NCBI RefSeq assembly: GCF_006345805.1
Contig: NC_043002.1
Span: 38,316,001 to 38,380,000, forward strand
Length of the DNA stretch: 64,000 bases
Reading direction: 5' to 3'
Source: Octopus sinensis
Lineage: Eukaryota
Shown: in pieces, positions 29,321 to 41,776 of the stretch
Layout of the letters: every line of letters starts with the position of its first letter
Numbering within the stretch: position 1 is the stretch's first letter
The notes under the pieces: generated by a model
Seen by the model: only the letters and a program-made list of their open reading frames with translations
What the model was told of the DNA's origin: nothing
Database searches by the model: none
Program-made: the position numbers and the translations under genes

Positions 29321-30244
29321 GTGTGGTGTCATTGTTTATAGCCGCCAGTTCAAGCCTTACCGAGGCTAGACAAGGGAGATCACTCAAAATAAGTAATTCA
29401 AATGAACTCTTAGAAACAACAGCCAAATCTCTCTCACATCAAACTATCATACCGAGGAAGAATTACCTATTGAATAAGGTACACCTGAGAACACTTTGCT
29501 TTGGGACACAGACAGTATCGTTAGGACTGGAATGGAATACCTGATGCCACAGTTCCCCTTTAACAAGATCAAAAACAACCACAGTTACTGAAAAAGTGTT
29601 GCGTCCTTTTGTAGAATTTGAAGGTGGTTTGGCAGCTATTTCTAAAAGATCGAGTATAAAATATACATCTGCCTCGCTGGTGTTTGTTTGCTAGCAGTAT
29701 TGTTGTTGATCTTGTAGCTATTGCTTCCGTCAATTTTTACGACACTTTTTTATGACATGGTGTAATTTTAAGGAGATTTGGCAGCTATTTCTAGGAGATT
29801 GAAGAAGCCAATAGAATCAAACTTGTTGTTGTTAGTGGTGTCGTTGCTGCTGTTGCCATTATTTCCGTGGTCTCCAGGTGTATTTAAACGTGTTGTAAAC
29901 TGCGACTATAGACACTGAAGATGCCATGGATGATGAAGGAGATTTAAAATATGCCAGAGATGCAACATTCTTACTCTATACACATTTCCATTTGTAACTA
30001 AAGTATACTGTTCACTGTTGTCATGGAAACAACGTGCTTCTAATCTTTACTCTCTGCCCTTTGTGACTTTTCTCCTTTCACTTACCATACAAACACTATT
30101 GTTAGAGGATTATGAACAAATCAAAACAAAAGTATAAAATACATGTAAAGCTAACCCCACCCCCGACAATACTACTAAAAGACACATAGATAGACAAACA
30201 TACATATATGGTAAGATAGATAGATAGATAGACAGAAGACAGAC

Positions 30245-30351
<107 letters not shown>

Positions 30352-30686
30352 CGTGTTCAAATATAATATATAGCGTATATGTTGTAGAATATGCTTTATC
30401 TTTTACTTGTTTCAAGCATTAGATTGCAGCTATGCTGGAGCACCACCTTGAAAATTTTAGTAAAATGAATCGACACAAGTACTTATATTTTAAGCCTAGT
30501 ACTTATTTAATCGGTTTACTAGGACATAAACACACGAACACCGCTGATAAAGCAAGAGTGGCAGAGAAACAAAGACCTACAGACATATATGTCTGTGCAT
30601 ATATATATATTTATATATAAACAAAATTACATATATATATATATAAGTGTGTGTGTGTATATATATATATATAATATATAATTATA

Positions 30687-30736
<50 letters not shown>

Positions 30737-31005
30737 CATACATACAATCATACATATAAGAGGGATGACTACTAAGTGGACATCTAACTTTGGATGTCCA
30801 CTTCGTGGTCATCTCTCTGCTATTAATGGAATATAATTTTTCTGAATCTTCAGATGTTTTCAATATGCAAGACCACTGGTTTTAAATTGATATTAATCAA
30901 ATTTATATTCAATTTTCCACCCTTATTATTTAAATTTAAATAACCATATATATATGCATATACACACACACACACACCACACACTACACATATATATACA
31001 TATAT

Positions 31006-31048
<43 letters not shown>

Positions 31049-31081
31049 TATATACATACATATATATATATGTATATATAT

Positions 31082-31309
31082 ATCAACAATCAAGGAACGG
31101 CCATGATAGGCCATTCACCCACTAGAAATAACAGCCAAAGCTTCAACCGCAAATAAAGATTAATTCCGTAACAGGAGAAATTTAAAAACATTTACCCTGT
31201 AATTTAAATTTTCTCCTGTTTACGGAATTAATCTTTATTTGCGGTTGAAGCTTTGGCTGTTATTTCTAGTGGGTGAATGGCCTATCATGGCCGTTCCTTG
31301 ATTGTTGAT
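31082..31309. repeat. Near-perfect inverted repeat (about 105-bp arms, about 17-bp spacer)
   Basis: atcaacaatcaaggaacggccatg...ggagaaatttaaa (31082-31185) is the reverse complement of 31203-31309; the arms differ only in homopolymer lengths. Confidence 0.9.
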
Positions 31310-31428
31310 GTTGAACTTAAAAATGGTCTATGACTATTTAATTTTTTCCTACTAGGCCGCTGGTGGCAAAAAGAATTCTACAAAATTTTTTTCTGCCACC
31401 CTATATTGATTATGTATATATATATATA

Positions 31429-31556
31429 TATTAAATTTACATCTAATATAGGTTAAAATTTTTTCGAAAAAATAAAGTTTTATCAATGTTATTTTTAATA
31501 TGCTTGCCCATTGATAATATTTTTGTTCGAAAAAAATTTATATCTCATAATAGATA

Positions 31557-31613
<57 letters not shown>

Positions 31614-31734
31614 TATTATGAGATAAAATTTTTCGAACAAAAATATTATCAATGGGCAGCATATTAAAAAATAACATTGATAAAACTTTATTTTTTCGAA
31701 AAAATTTTAACCTATATTAGATGTAAATTTAATA
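31429..31734. repeat. Near-perfect inverted repeat (about 125-bp arms) around a (TA)n core
   Basis: 31429-31555 versus 31611-31734; the differences are essentially small indels. Confidence 0.9.
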
Positions 31735-32150
31735 GTGTTCACTTCCGGACTCTCTCACTCTATTAGAGTTTTCAGTTCGAATCGCAACGCGTCTCGAATA
31801 GGCTGGAGAATTTCTATTTGGGATATATTTGGGGCACTTAATTGTGCTCATGACTTAGTCTGTGCTTCTTCCGTGGGTATATGTAAGTATTACATTTATT
31901 TCATTGCCGCATTTATCACTGATGAAGAGAAGGTTCTTACGAATTAACTCTGAAATCGGGTCCGATATGGTAATAACGAAATATTTTAGAAATCTCTGTC
32001 GGCTTTTTTGAGATGCGTGTTTGTAGTGATAAATCATACGGTTATCGATGATGTGTCTAGTTTCAGCATATTTGGCATTAGAAATTTTTTTCTTTTGCCC
32101 TTGTTTATAAGTTATATATATATATATATATATAATATATATATATATTA

Positions 32151-32651
32151 TATAAAACTGTAGTTGTGTGAGTGTCTTTCCCCTTCGATTTAGATTCCTA
32201 GCTACTCCCACATTTTGCGGTGCAGTTTAGCCAAATTCGGGTATCTTATAGTCGTGATTTATATCGAGCCCGTCTGAGTATTAGCGCGCGTCTACGATGA
32301 GTCTACGATTTTAAAAATAATCTAACATCATTTTTTATTCCATTTTAATGCATAATTTTTCGTGTGTCGATGGCGGCGGAGTTGGCGTCCATGATCACAC
32401 CTGCACCTGTTTGCTTCTCCCCCTTCTTCCCACCCTCGTGAAGCTGTGGGGAAGGGAGTGTAAGGAAATCAACGTCGTAAAGAGTTGTCAAGGAGACCAG
32501 CGTTCTTTTAGAACGACTTCATGGCTTGAAGACACCAAAACAGGAATAGCTAAGAAAGCCCGAATTGGCATCTATAAGGGAAGTAACTCTCTAAAAATGC
32601 TTATATAGTTATTTCCCTTACAAACCCGAGCAACGCCGGGCGACACTGCTA

Positions 32652-32652
<1 letters not shown>
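32151..32652 (+). mobile_element. Non-autonomous Helitron (about 500 bp)
   Basis: 3' hairpin CCCG-agcaacgc-CGGG (32625-32640) followed by CTAG|T at 32649-32653. The 5' end (tataaaactgtagttgtgtgag) emerges from (TA)n. Confidence 0.65.
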
Positions 32653-32703
<51 letters not shown>

Positions 32704-33139
32704 ACATTACATTCTGTTAAGAACCTAGTAGAAAGCTCCTCCACCTTCAGTTTTCACCCGCTGCTATCCAGTACTAGTGTTATACGTACTGCCAGATTTG
32801 CATTGGATCTTCTGTAGTGTGTGAATAGATAATTGAATAAGTTGGAGTCAACAAGAAAGAGTACAGTTGGACATATATTTGTAATCACCACAATTGTTTC
32901 CACGCAACGTAGTTCTTCAGGCTCGCAGGTATTTTGTTATGTAACCGTTTCCCTGCAACATGAGATCTAGTCGTTATTTCTCAAGCGATATAGAAATTCT
33001 CGCTGTAAATTCAAATTATTGGCCTCAAGAGCACCTTATCTGCCTGCCGTAGCCTGTGAGGTAGTAGCAGTCATTCAGTTTATCAAAAAATGTGTTGATA
33101 CATTGAGTAGCTGTTACTACCTCGCAGCCTAGAACATAT

Positions 33140-33285
33140 ATAGACTTTCTTCCCAATCCCATGATTCTGACTTCAGCCCCACTGCGTGGCAACTTAGGCA
33201 AGTGCCTTCTACTATAACCACGAGCCGACCAAACCCTAGCGAGTGGATTTAGTAGACGGGAACAGAAAGAAGGCCGTCTTATATA
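33140..33285 (+). mobile_element. SINE 5' half (main family), diverged
   Basis: cccactgcgtggcaacttaggcaagtgccttctactata...gagtggatttagtagacgggaac. Confidence 0.75.
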
Positions 33286-33309
33286 TATATGTTTTTGTTT
33301 TTTTTTTGT

Positions 33310-33519
33310 TTTTCCAGTTTCAGCTCTTGAGCTGTGGCCATGCTGGGGCACCGCCATTGTGGTGAAAGAGTACAGCAGGGATCACCACCCCCTGCCGGAG
33401 CCTCGTAGAGCTTTTAGGTGTTTTCGCTCAATAAACACACACAACGCCCGGTCTGAGAATCGAAACCGCGATCCTGCGACCGCGAGTCCGCTGCCCTAAC
33501 CACTAGGCCATTGCGCCTC

Positions 33520-33521
<2 letters not shown>
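33310..33521 (-). mobile_element. tRNA-derived SINE (third family) with clear A and B boxes
   Basis: Minus strand reads ggcgcaaTGGCCTAGTGGttagggcagcggactcgc...GGTTTCGATTCtc. Its tail, ggcggtgccccagcatggccacagc...ctgaaac, is shared with the main family. Confidence 0.8.
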
Positions 33522-33576
<55 letters not shown>

Positions 33577-33585
33577 TATTATATA

Positions 33586-33653
<68 letters not shown>

Positions 33654-33660
33654 TATATAT

Positions 33661-33900
33661 ATATAAATAATAAATATTAGGGAATAAATCCAAATTTACA
33701 GGGAAAAAATCAGATTTAGGATTAAATCCAATTTTATAGTAAAATATTATAAAATATTATTAGAGACAAAACCACTATTTTGCAAAACAAACAAGGAAAG
33801 ACTTAATCAATACATAAAATTTTAATAAATAGTCAAAAAAACCGCCACTACAATTGTTTCTTGTCTTGATCGACAATCTTCAGGTGGACTTCATTTTTTT
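33661..33900 (-). mobile_element. 5'-truncated PLE pseudo-LTR (family C) carrying an intact hammerhead
   Basis: AT-rich unit whose minus-strand 3' end runs into a long (TA)n, with the HHR near its 5' end; same architecture as the other pseudo-LTR units here. Confidence 0.55.
33845..33887 (-). ncRNA. Intact type-I hammerhead ribozyme
   Basis: Minus strand reads CCAC-CTGAAGA-TTGTC-GATCAA-GACAA-GAA-ACAATTGT-A-GTGG. All core residues and stems I, II and III pair; predicted GUA cleavage between 33849 and 33848. Confidence 0.8.
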
Positions 33901-33957
33901 GGTTGATTTTTCTGTTATCACATTTAGATTGTTAAAAAGTTCACTTTTCAACCAATA

Positions 33958-34695
33958 ATGATGCCTGTTTCCGCTTCCAGTGCGGCAACAGTGACAAACA
34001 CAGATAATGCAATTGATCACCAGGTTGATTACAAACGAAAATACAAGAATTTGAAAAGCAAGTTAAAGTTCTTGGTTTACGAACAAGAATGTTTCCTTGA
34101 AGAATTGCGAAGGGCCCAAAGAAAACTTCTGAAAGTTTCCAGGGACAAAAATTTCCTGTTGGATCGTCTATTATCATATGAAAATATCAACGACTCATCG
34201 GGCGACTCCGACGCGACAGCATCGAGTGAGAGCGACATAGAAATAAACAGAGAAAGCATTGTGACGAAAAAGAAAAAGACCATTAGCAGCAGCAGCAGTA
34301 GTGTTGGCTCCAGTGCAGCACCTGTGGTCACATCTCCACCATCATCATCGAATTTGTTAGGGACAGACACATCAACACTGTTTGTGAACCCTTCCTTTAC
34401 AAACTTGCTGTCACAAAACCCTGTTCTGCCATCTCCCTTAGTCACACCAGAAAATAAAAAGAAAACCAAAACCACAATTAAAAAATCAACCACAAAATCA
34501 AGTACACCCAAAGCCCCTGAACCACAGCCTGAAAGAATCGCTGGCCAGATGACCCGGGAAGAACTAGAAAGACATTTGGAGTCTCGACAGCATTCTTTCG
34601 GAATTGAGAAAGCACCTGCCAAGTTACCAATGGAAATATTAGCAATGAAAACTCTGATCCTGACAGTGAAACAGCCCAGGACGTTATATATATAG
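33958..34695 (+). CDS. INO80E: INO80 complex subunit E-like (CCDC95) ORF, uninterrupted, probable C-terminal frameshift; gene or retrocopy
   Basis: [53 protein letters not shown]...[13 protein letters not shown] matches the conserved INO80E N-terminus (human [53 protein letters not shown]...[10 protein letters not shown]). Confidence 0.85.
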   Translation: MMPVSASSAATVTNTDNAIDHQVDYKRKYKNLKSKLKFLVYEQECFLEELRRAQRKLLKVSRDKNFLLDRLLSYENINDSSGDSDATASSESDIEINRESIVTKKKKTISSSSSSVGSSAAPVVTSPPSSSNLLGTDTSTLFVNPSFTNLLSQNPVLPSPLVTPENKKKTKTTIKKSTTKSSTPKAPEPQPERIAGQMTREELERHLESRQHSFGIEKAPAKLPMEILAMKTLILTVKQPRTLYI

Positions 34696-34705
34696 ACTCA
34701 TATAC

Positions 34706-34795
<90 letters not shown>

Positions 34796-34798
<3 letters not shown>

Positions 34799-34980
34799 AG
34801 ATCGTTAGCCACTACACACATTTTTTTCTCTCCTTGTTTTTTTCTGTGTCCCTTTCTGTAGAAGAACGTAGGCTTGAAACGTAAAAGACTTTTTTTTTAT
34901 TCCTGAGCGTTATACTAATACATCTGTTTGTTTTGTACACCACCTGTCTTCGTCTTTTGTTTTCTTCGTAAACTCTCCCT
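34796..34980 (+). mobile_element. Family A hammerhead pseudo-LTR element (copy 2)
   Basis: Near-identical to 542-722; core CTTT-CTGTAGA-A-GAAC-GTAG-GCTT-GAA-ACGT-A-AAAG at 34852-34887; flanked by (TA)n. Confidence 0.75.
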
Positions 34981-35370
34981 ATGTATATATATAAAATAAT
35001 GAACGTGCCTAGATGCACTATAAAGCCAAAAAGGAAAACTTCAAATGTTATATTGTCACTAATAGAGACTGAGGGTGCAGAGTAGCACCTACATTGCTAG
35101 AAACAAGATCCCTATAACCACAAAAAGCATATTGTATACACTAACTGGAGAGATAACCGCCATACAGCGAGATCACTATACTTGCAAGGTTGGTTCGCTT
35201 GAAATTAAAGCTTACAGTAGTGACCATTCCATCGCTTAGGGTTAAGTAAAATCCCACCTGTCAGTATATAGTATTTACTATATGACTTAATGGCTGATTT
35301 AGCAAAATGGTAATGTCAAAATTATACGTACATACATACATACATAAATACACACTCACGCACACACACA

Positions 35371-35404
<34 letters not shown>

Positions 35405-35414
35405 CACGCACGCA

Positions 35415-35457
<43 letters not shown>

Positions 35458-36140
35458 CACCACACACACACACACACACACACATATAATTTGTAACGTT
35501 GCTATCAGTCCAAATATGCTTGATACATGGTTCAAACTGGGGAACACGCTACTCACCGCGATTTCTCACGAAAAATATATTCTGTTTGTTGAAAAATGAT
35601 GTGTATACACGTAGATCAGCAGGCAGCGCCACCTTCCCAGACCGTGAGGTGCAAGCATTTTAGCGTAGTTATCTCCTCTTCGGTCACAGACACCAGGCAG
35701 ACATCGCTACGAGGTGTGTGATGGGACTGACTCACTTATGCTATGCGGTGACTGGTAGCGCTATGCGGCGTCACACCGTAAGTATATTGCAGAGGGGGAG
35801 CGCTAAGCAGTGGTCAGTAAAATTCTAAAGTTATTATCAGTCTTTATATGCTTCAGGTACGTTCGATCCGATGAACAAACTACTCACTGCATTTTGACAC
35901 GGAAAATATATCTCGTTTGTTGACAAATGGTGTGCTATATATTGATCTCCTTTCTGTGATGGGTTCCGAATGAACTTACCTCAAGGCAAGAAACAAAGAT
36001 GAGGGCAGCAACGTGAAACTCCCTCGTCTATGAAATGTCATACATGAGAGGCGGTTTAGTGAAAGTATAGCAAAGTAAATGGCGGTGCTCTTGTATGGCC
36101 GCAGTCGTTGGACTGAAACTAAATAATACATATATCTATG

Positions 36141-36213
<73 letters not shown>

Positions 36214-36261
36214 ATATATATATATATATATAGATATAATATATATATTATTATATATATA

Positions 36262-36385
36262 AGTTTAATCCAAAAATGAAAAGACAAAAAGAAAACACAA
36301 CAACGCGAGGACGTGGAACAAGTATAGTGTTATTGGACGCTCAAGAAAGGAAGGAAAGAAGGAGATTTAACGTTTCGAGCGGAGC
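36262..36385 (-). mobile_element. Family B pseudo-LTR element, truncated inside the hammerhead
   Basis: Reverse complement of about 58891-59013; ends at gctccgctcgaaacgtt. Confidence 0.75.
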
Positions 36386-36391
36386 ATACAT

Positions 36392-36423
<32 letters not shown>

Positions 36424-36478
36424 ACATACACACACACACCCACACACACACACACACACACAACACACACACACACCC

Positions 36479-36551
<73 letters not shown>

Positions 36552-37619
36552 GCTCACACACATGTGTGTATGCATACAAACATAACGTGTGCCTCTGTGT
36601 GTGCCGGATAATTATAACTGCTGTGTGTGCAATTTGCCCACACCGTAACAACCTATCCAACAGTTGCGACCTCAAAAAAAAGGAAACGGTCGTGGAATAG
36701 TGACATTGAAGATGGCGATGATGATGACGACGACAACGAAGATGACGACGTTGTGATGTTTTCAAATGATGATGGTGTGGTGTTGATGGTAGTGGTGGTG
36801 CTGGTGCGGGTGAATGCATTTATATTTAATCAAGATTAGAACGTCTTTCTTCGTCACTTTTCCGAGAGTTTCCTGTATATAGTGATCTATATGCGACTGG
36901 CGTTTTTTTGTATTCTCGACAAACACACAATATACGTGCTCCACGCTTCAATGACGTTGTCGATTTCAATAGTTAGATGCAGTGATGTAGTACAAACGAG
37001 ATTATGGCTACAAAACTATTGTTCTGCGTATCAAAACAAAACAAAAGTATTCCAAAAGTTTAGTAAACGAATGAAATCCACTTCATAAAGAATATAAAGA
37101 AAAATACTTTTATTCAATATTTGATCGTTAACAAGCAGTAATTGTGAACTGGACGATTGAAAAAAAAATTGAATAAAATACTAATTTTAAATAAATTGAT
37201 AATAGATTTATCCCAGTAGCATAAACTTGTGGATTGGCAGAACAGTAAAGTGGTGGAAATTATATTTTCTGATATTTCCTTATGTCCACGGCTCTAGGTT
37301 TGTCTCGCCTATTTCATCCTTTCACATTGATATTTTAAGTGACTATTGAGTCACTGACATTTCTAAAAGCTGGTTCGATAGTGTGGATGTTTTGTAGAAA
37401 TGAGAAAGTGAGTTATAGTTGATTAGTCGAAGATAGATATGATTGACCTACATTTCGTATATTCCTGAATGCACTACCAAACGTATAAACACAAATGCTT
37501 ACGTATATTATATGTATATATATACATGTATATATATATGTGTACACATACACCTATAATCATATTTACACACACACACACGCACGCACACACACACACA
37601 TCTATATATTATATATATA

Positions 37620-37668
<49 letters not shown>

Positions 37669-37968
37669 TATTTTATTCGACACGGCTAGAAATATAGAAA
37701 AATTAGAAGTTGAAAATGCATTGAGAGTAGTTAAATATATTTCATTATCTTTAAAATTTAACCGGTTTCACAGTTTACACTCATTTTCGAAAGTTGACAT
37801 ACGAAGACGTCTTTCTCTCTCAACTTTTGAAAAGCAGTTAAATCGTGAAGCCGGTTAAATCTTTAAATATAATGGAAAGATTTTAGCTATTAATAACTAT
37901 TTAATGAAAAAATTTTAACTATTTATAATTATTCAATAATTTTTTTTTTAATTATTTAAATATTTGTA

Positions 37969-38375
37969 GGCGCAGTAGTTGTGTGGTAAGAAGATTGCTT
38001 CCCAACCACATGGTTCTGGATTCAGTCCCACTTCCTGGCACCTTAGACAAGTAACGTCTACTATAGCCTCGGGCCGATCATAGCATTGTGAGTGGATTTG
38101 GCAGACGGAAACTGAAGAAAGACCGTCGTGTATATATATATATATACACACACATTTATGTGTATGTGTGTCCTTGTGTCTGTTTTTGTCCCCCCACCCT
38201 ACCATCAATTGACAACTGATGTTGTCCCAGTAACCTAGCGGTTCGACAAATGTGAGCGAGAGAATAAGTAGTAGGCTTATAAAGAATAGGTCCTGCGTTC
38301 GATTTGTTTGCCTAAAGGTGGTTCTCCAGCATGACCGTAGTCAAATGACTGAAACGTGTAAAAGAGTAAAGAGTA
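37969..38375 (+). mobile_element. tRNA-derived SINE, full length (main family)
   Basis: ggcgcagtagttgtgtggtaagaag head through to the gactgaaac..taaaagag tail. Confidence 0.88.
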
Positions 38376-38440
38376 TTCTCAGTGTATTTTCAACTTCTAT
38401 GTAATATACATATATACATGCATACATATATTCTTTATTT

Positions 38441-38590
38441 TCCCTCCTTGTTTCTTTCTGTGTTCCTTCTGTGGAAGAGCGTAGGCTCGAAACGTTAAAG
38501 ACTTTCTCACTTCCCGAGCGTTATATTAACACATCCTTTTGTTGTCTACATCACCTGTCTTCGTCTTTTTTTTTTTTGTGAATTCTCTCT
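38441..38590 (+). mobile_element. Family A-related hammerhead pseudo-LTR element (diverged subfamily)
   Basis: CTT-CTGTGGA-A-GAGC-GTAG-GCTC-GAA-ACGT-T-AAAG at 38466-38500. Confidence 0.7.
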
Positions 38591-39025
38591 CTCTCTCTCT
38601 TTCTCTCTATGTATATATATATATATATATTAAAATCATCAGCTTTCAATTGAGTCTACAACACCCCAACCACGCACACACACATACGAGTACATGTGTA
38701 CGTGTGCTGTATGTAATGGAAATAGTATGATAAACAGCACAATATTGCAAGTACAGCTATTTTCACGTTGCAATAAGTAATATCAGCATAGTTTGTAGAG
38801 GGACTTACGTTGATACATCACATCTTACTTAGACTAGTGTACTTTCGCTGTCTAGGAACATGTTAGAAATATATGAACTTGTAACAATGTGGTCATTCAC
38901 TTACATGTGCTTGTAGCTTTTATGCATAATTTCACGTACTCTCCGCCTATACCTATATATATATATATAATATATAATTATATATATATATACATTTTCT
39001 AGTATATATATATATATATATATAG

Positions 39026-39059
<34 letters not shown>

Positions 39060-39063
39060 TATA

Positions 39064-39093
39064 CTAGAAAAATTTATCGTCACTAATGATAAA
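39064..39093 (-). mobile_element. Helitron-like 3' terminus
   Basis: Minus strand: hairpin TTTATC-attagtgac-GATAAA then tttttCTAG|T. Confidence 0.4.
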
Positions 39094-39447
39094 CGAGGTT
39101 GCCGAAGCGACCTATATTGCGAGGGATAAGAGTTAACTTTTATGGTCATAATTTTTTTATAAAAATATGTTTTCTGACAGTCGGACTTAGCCAGACCATC
39201 GAGCATTTGAATAGTCACTACTAACGTTCCTACTGCTGATAGGCGAAACTAATGTAGTCTGATCATCCTAGAGACGGTCACGAAGTGGTTATCTCCCCTG
39301 TCGGTGTATATATATTGTGCCCGTCTAACAGCATTAAGAGTTTGTAAGTCTTATTTCTTGCAATATAGCTGCTTCTACGCTCTCAGTCATATTAGTAACG
39401 ATAAAATGTTTCCTTTATGGTACTATATTTTGCCTACTGTTTATATA

Positions 39448-39493
<46 letters not shown>

Positions 39494-39806
39494 ATATAGC
39501 ACCACACACATGCATGCCGATCTATCTTTCAAGAACAGATCATAAAGCAGCAAGTATGCGAAGCTAAGAGAGGTGTAGAACCGTACTGAAAATGTTAAAA
39601 CCGGATTACGCTAAGCATCGCAATAAAACTGAAATTCTTACAATTACGTAAATATGCTATTTTATTTCTTTCAGTTCCAATCAATTTTGATAGATATAAA
39701 TTTGTATTTAGTCATATTTCCCTCATACAAGAAATCAATACACATATGTGTGCGGGCATACCGAAGATTATGAGCACGGACTCCATACTGGCATATATAT
39801 ATATAT

Positions 39807-39840
<34 letters not shown>

Positions 39841-39926
39841 ATTGGATACATAAAAATGATTTATAGTAATACACAAGCATACATTACACGCACATATATA
39901 CACATATATAAAAGAAACATATATAC

Positions 39927-39965
<39 letters not shown>

Positions 39966-41407
39966 TATACATATGCACCCACACACACACATGTATGCAC
40001 ACACATCATATGTAGTTATATTCAATTTATGTGTTTGTATATACATGACATTCACATATACATCAAATCATTTAAACAAAAATATAGACATTTGTAGCAG
40101 CATATACGATTCACTATTTAAAACTTCATAAAAATCAATCAGTCCTGCATATCTTTATTAACGTTCCTTTGAAAATGAAAGTGAAAGGAATATATAAGAT
40201 ATATAAAATATATTGAAATTTTTATAAATAGCAATCTTGCTCAATGGGAGAACAATAATGGAACAAAGAAGTTTGATTGCTCCCGCTCAAATTACAATTT
40301 AAAAAATAGAAAAGGCTGCAGTTTCACTGAATGTGAATTGATTTCAGTATAATATAAAGAGAAAGTTTGTTGATGCCTGCTGAACACTTTCCAATTGACG
40401 CGGCCTCTATGTTATTTGCTAGACAACTAAATTCGGAATATTTTTCTGCAGCTCAAATTTTTAAGAGCCATGAATAATGTTTTTCTTTACCTCATACTGT
40501 AATTTTTTTTGAAAATATAAAAAGTATTGTGAAGTAAACTAAAAAAAAAATTAATATAAAACGGAAATCCTGCAAAGAGCCCGTGCTAATTGTAGAAATA
40601 TATTTACTGTAGATTCGTTTTCATCTCGACTGTAAACAATTGCTGGTATTGATTTCCATGGAACTCCAGTTTTATGATGATCGGCTAAAATAAGAAGCGT
40701 GCATATTTGTGTTTAGAAAAGCTTCGACGTAACACCAAGAAATGTTGGTGACATTTTCAAGTATGCCAGACACTTGCAACACTCAATTTTTGATAGATTT
40801 ACATTCAATTGTCTTTGTGGAAATAGATCAGGAAAGAACAGATCTACTTTTTGAGATAATTGATATGAAAGCTTATTGGCTGATATTAAGAATTCACTCT
40901 CGAACTTGCTGCTATTATCATGCAAGTCATATCACCATACTGAAGAATGGTGATATGACTAACTTTAATTCTGGACTCAATGAAATATTTGCATGGCCCC
41001 TTTTCTACACAACATTGCGTGCACTCTGGTGTATCTATATGATACAAAATCTTCTTTATTACATGGGAAAGTCCATCACAATGGAACTAATAAGAAATTT
41101 CATTCGATAATTGTATATTGTTTTTCCAAGTTACAGATGAGCTGATAGTTTTATCGGTTACAAATATTAACAAGCGTATTTTTAGGGAGTGATATTGCCC
41201 GATTTAAGAATATTATAGTATTAATGATTTTAAAAAAATATTAATTTATCACTCTACGTTCATACAATACCACCTAAAAATTATTCGGAAAGTCAGTCTT
41301 GCCTATAGAGTTCTAATGTTTCTTGTTTTACAGTTCTATATGTAAGAGATGAGGAATTATGTACATTATTTGCATTATTTACATTCGACGGATTTTGTTT
41401 GTTATTA

Positions 41408-41453
41408 ACACAACGATTCGGATGATAAAAAACTTCCAGCCTTCATCAGGTGT
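41408..41453 (-). ncRNA. Hammerhead ribozyme, degenerate 3' core
   Basis: ACAC-CTGATGA-A-GGCTG-loop-CATCC-GAATCGT-T-GTGT. Confidence 0.55.
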
Positions 41454-41635
41454 CCTGGGTTCTCATTCCTAAGGTATTTTTCGATAACCACTACGCCATA
41501 TGCCCTTGGACAATTATGGAGTGAATTGTAGGCTTATAAATTATGGAGTGAATTGTAGGGCTTATTATTATATTAATAATAATAATAATAATAATAATTA
41601 TAATAATTATAATAATAATAATAATAATAATATAA

Positions 41636-41684
<49 letters not shown>

Positions 41685-41732
41685 TCGAAAAATACCCTAG
41701 GAATGAGAACCCAGGTTCAAAATTTCTCCCAG

Positions 41733-41776
41733 ACACCTGCTGAAGGCTGGAGGGTACATCAGCCGAAACGTTGTGT
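41733..41776 (+). ncRNA. Hammerhead ribozyme, A6C
   Basis: ACAC-CTGCTGA-A-GGCTG-gagggtacat-CAGCC-GAA-ACGT-T-GTGT. Confidence 0.6.

Noticed and set aside
31855-32090. AKYAETRHIIDNRMIYH as a GIY-YIG remnant
   Set aside because: Only a loose resemblance, with no flanking PLE motifs recognised.
33470-33521. tRNA gene
   Set aside because: The A/B boxes belong to a SINE head continuing into SINE body and tail; no complete cloverleaf. The same applies at 50130-50200.
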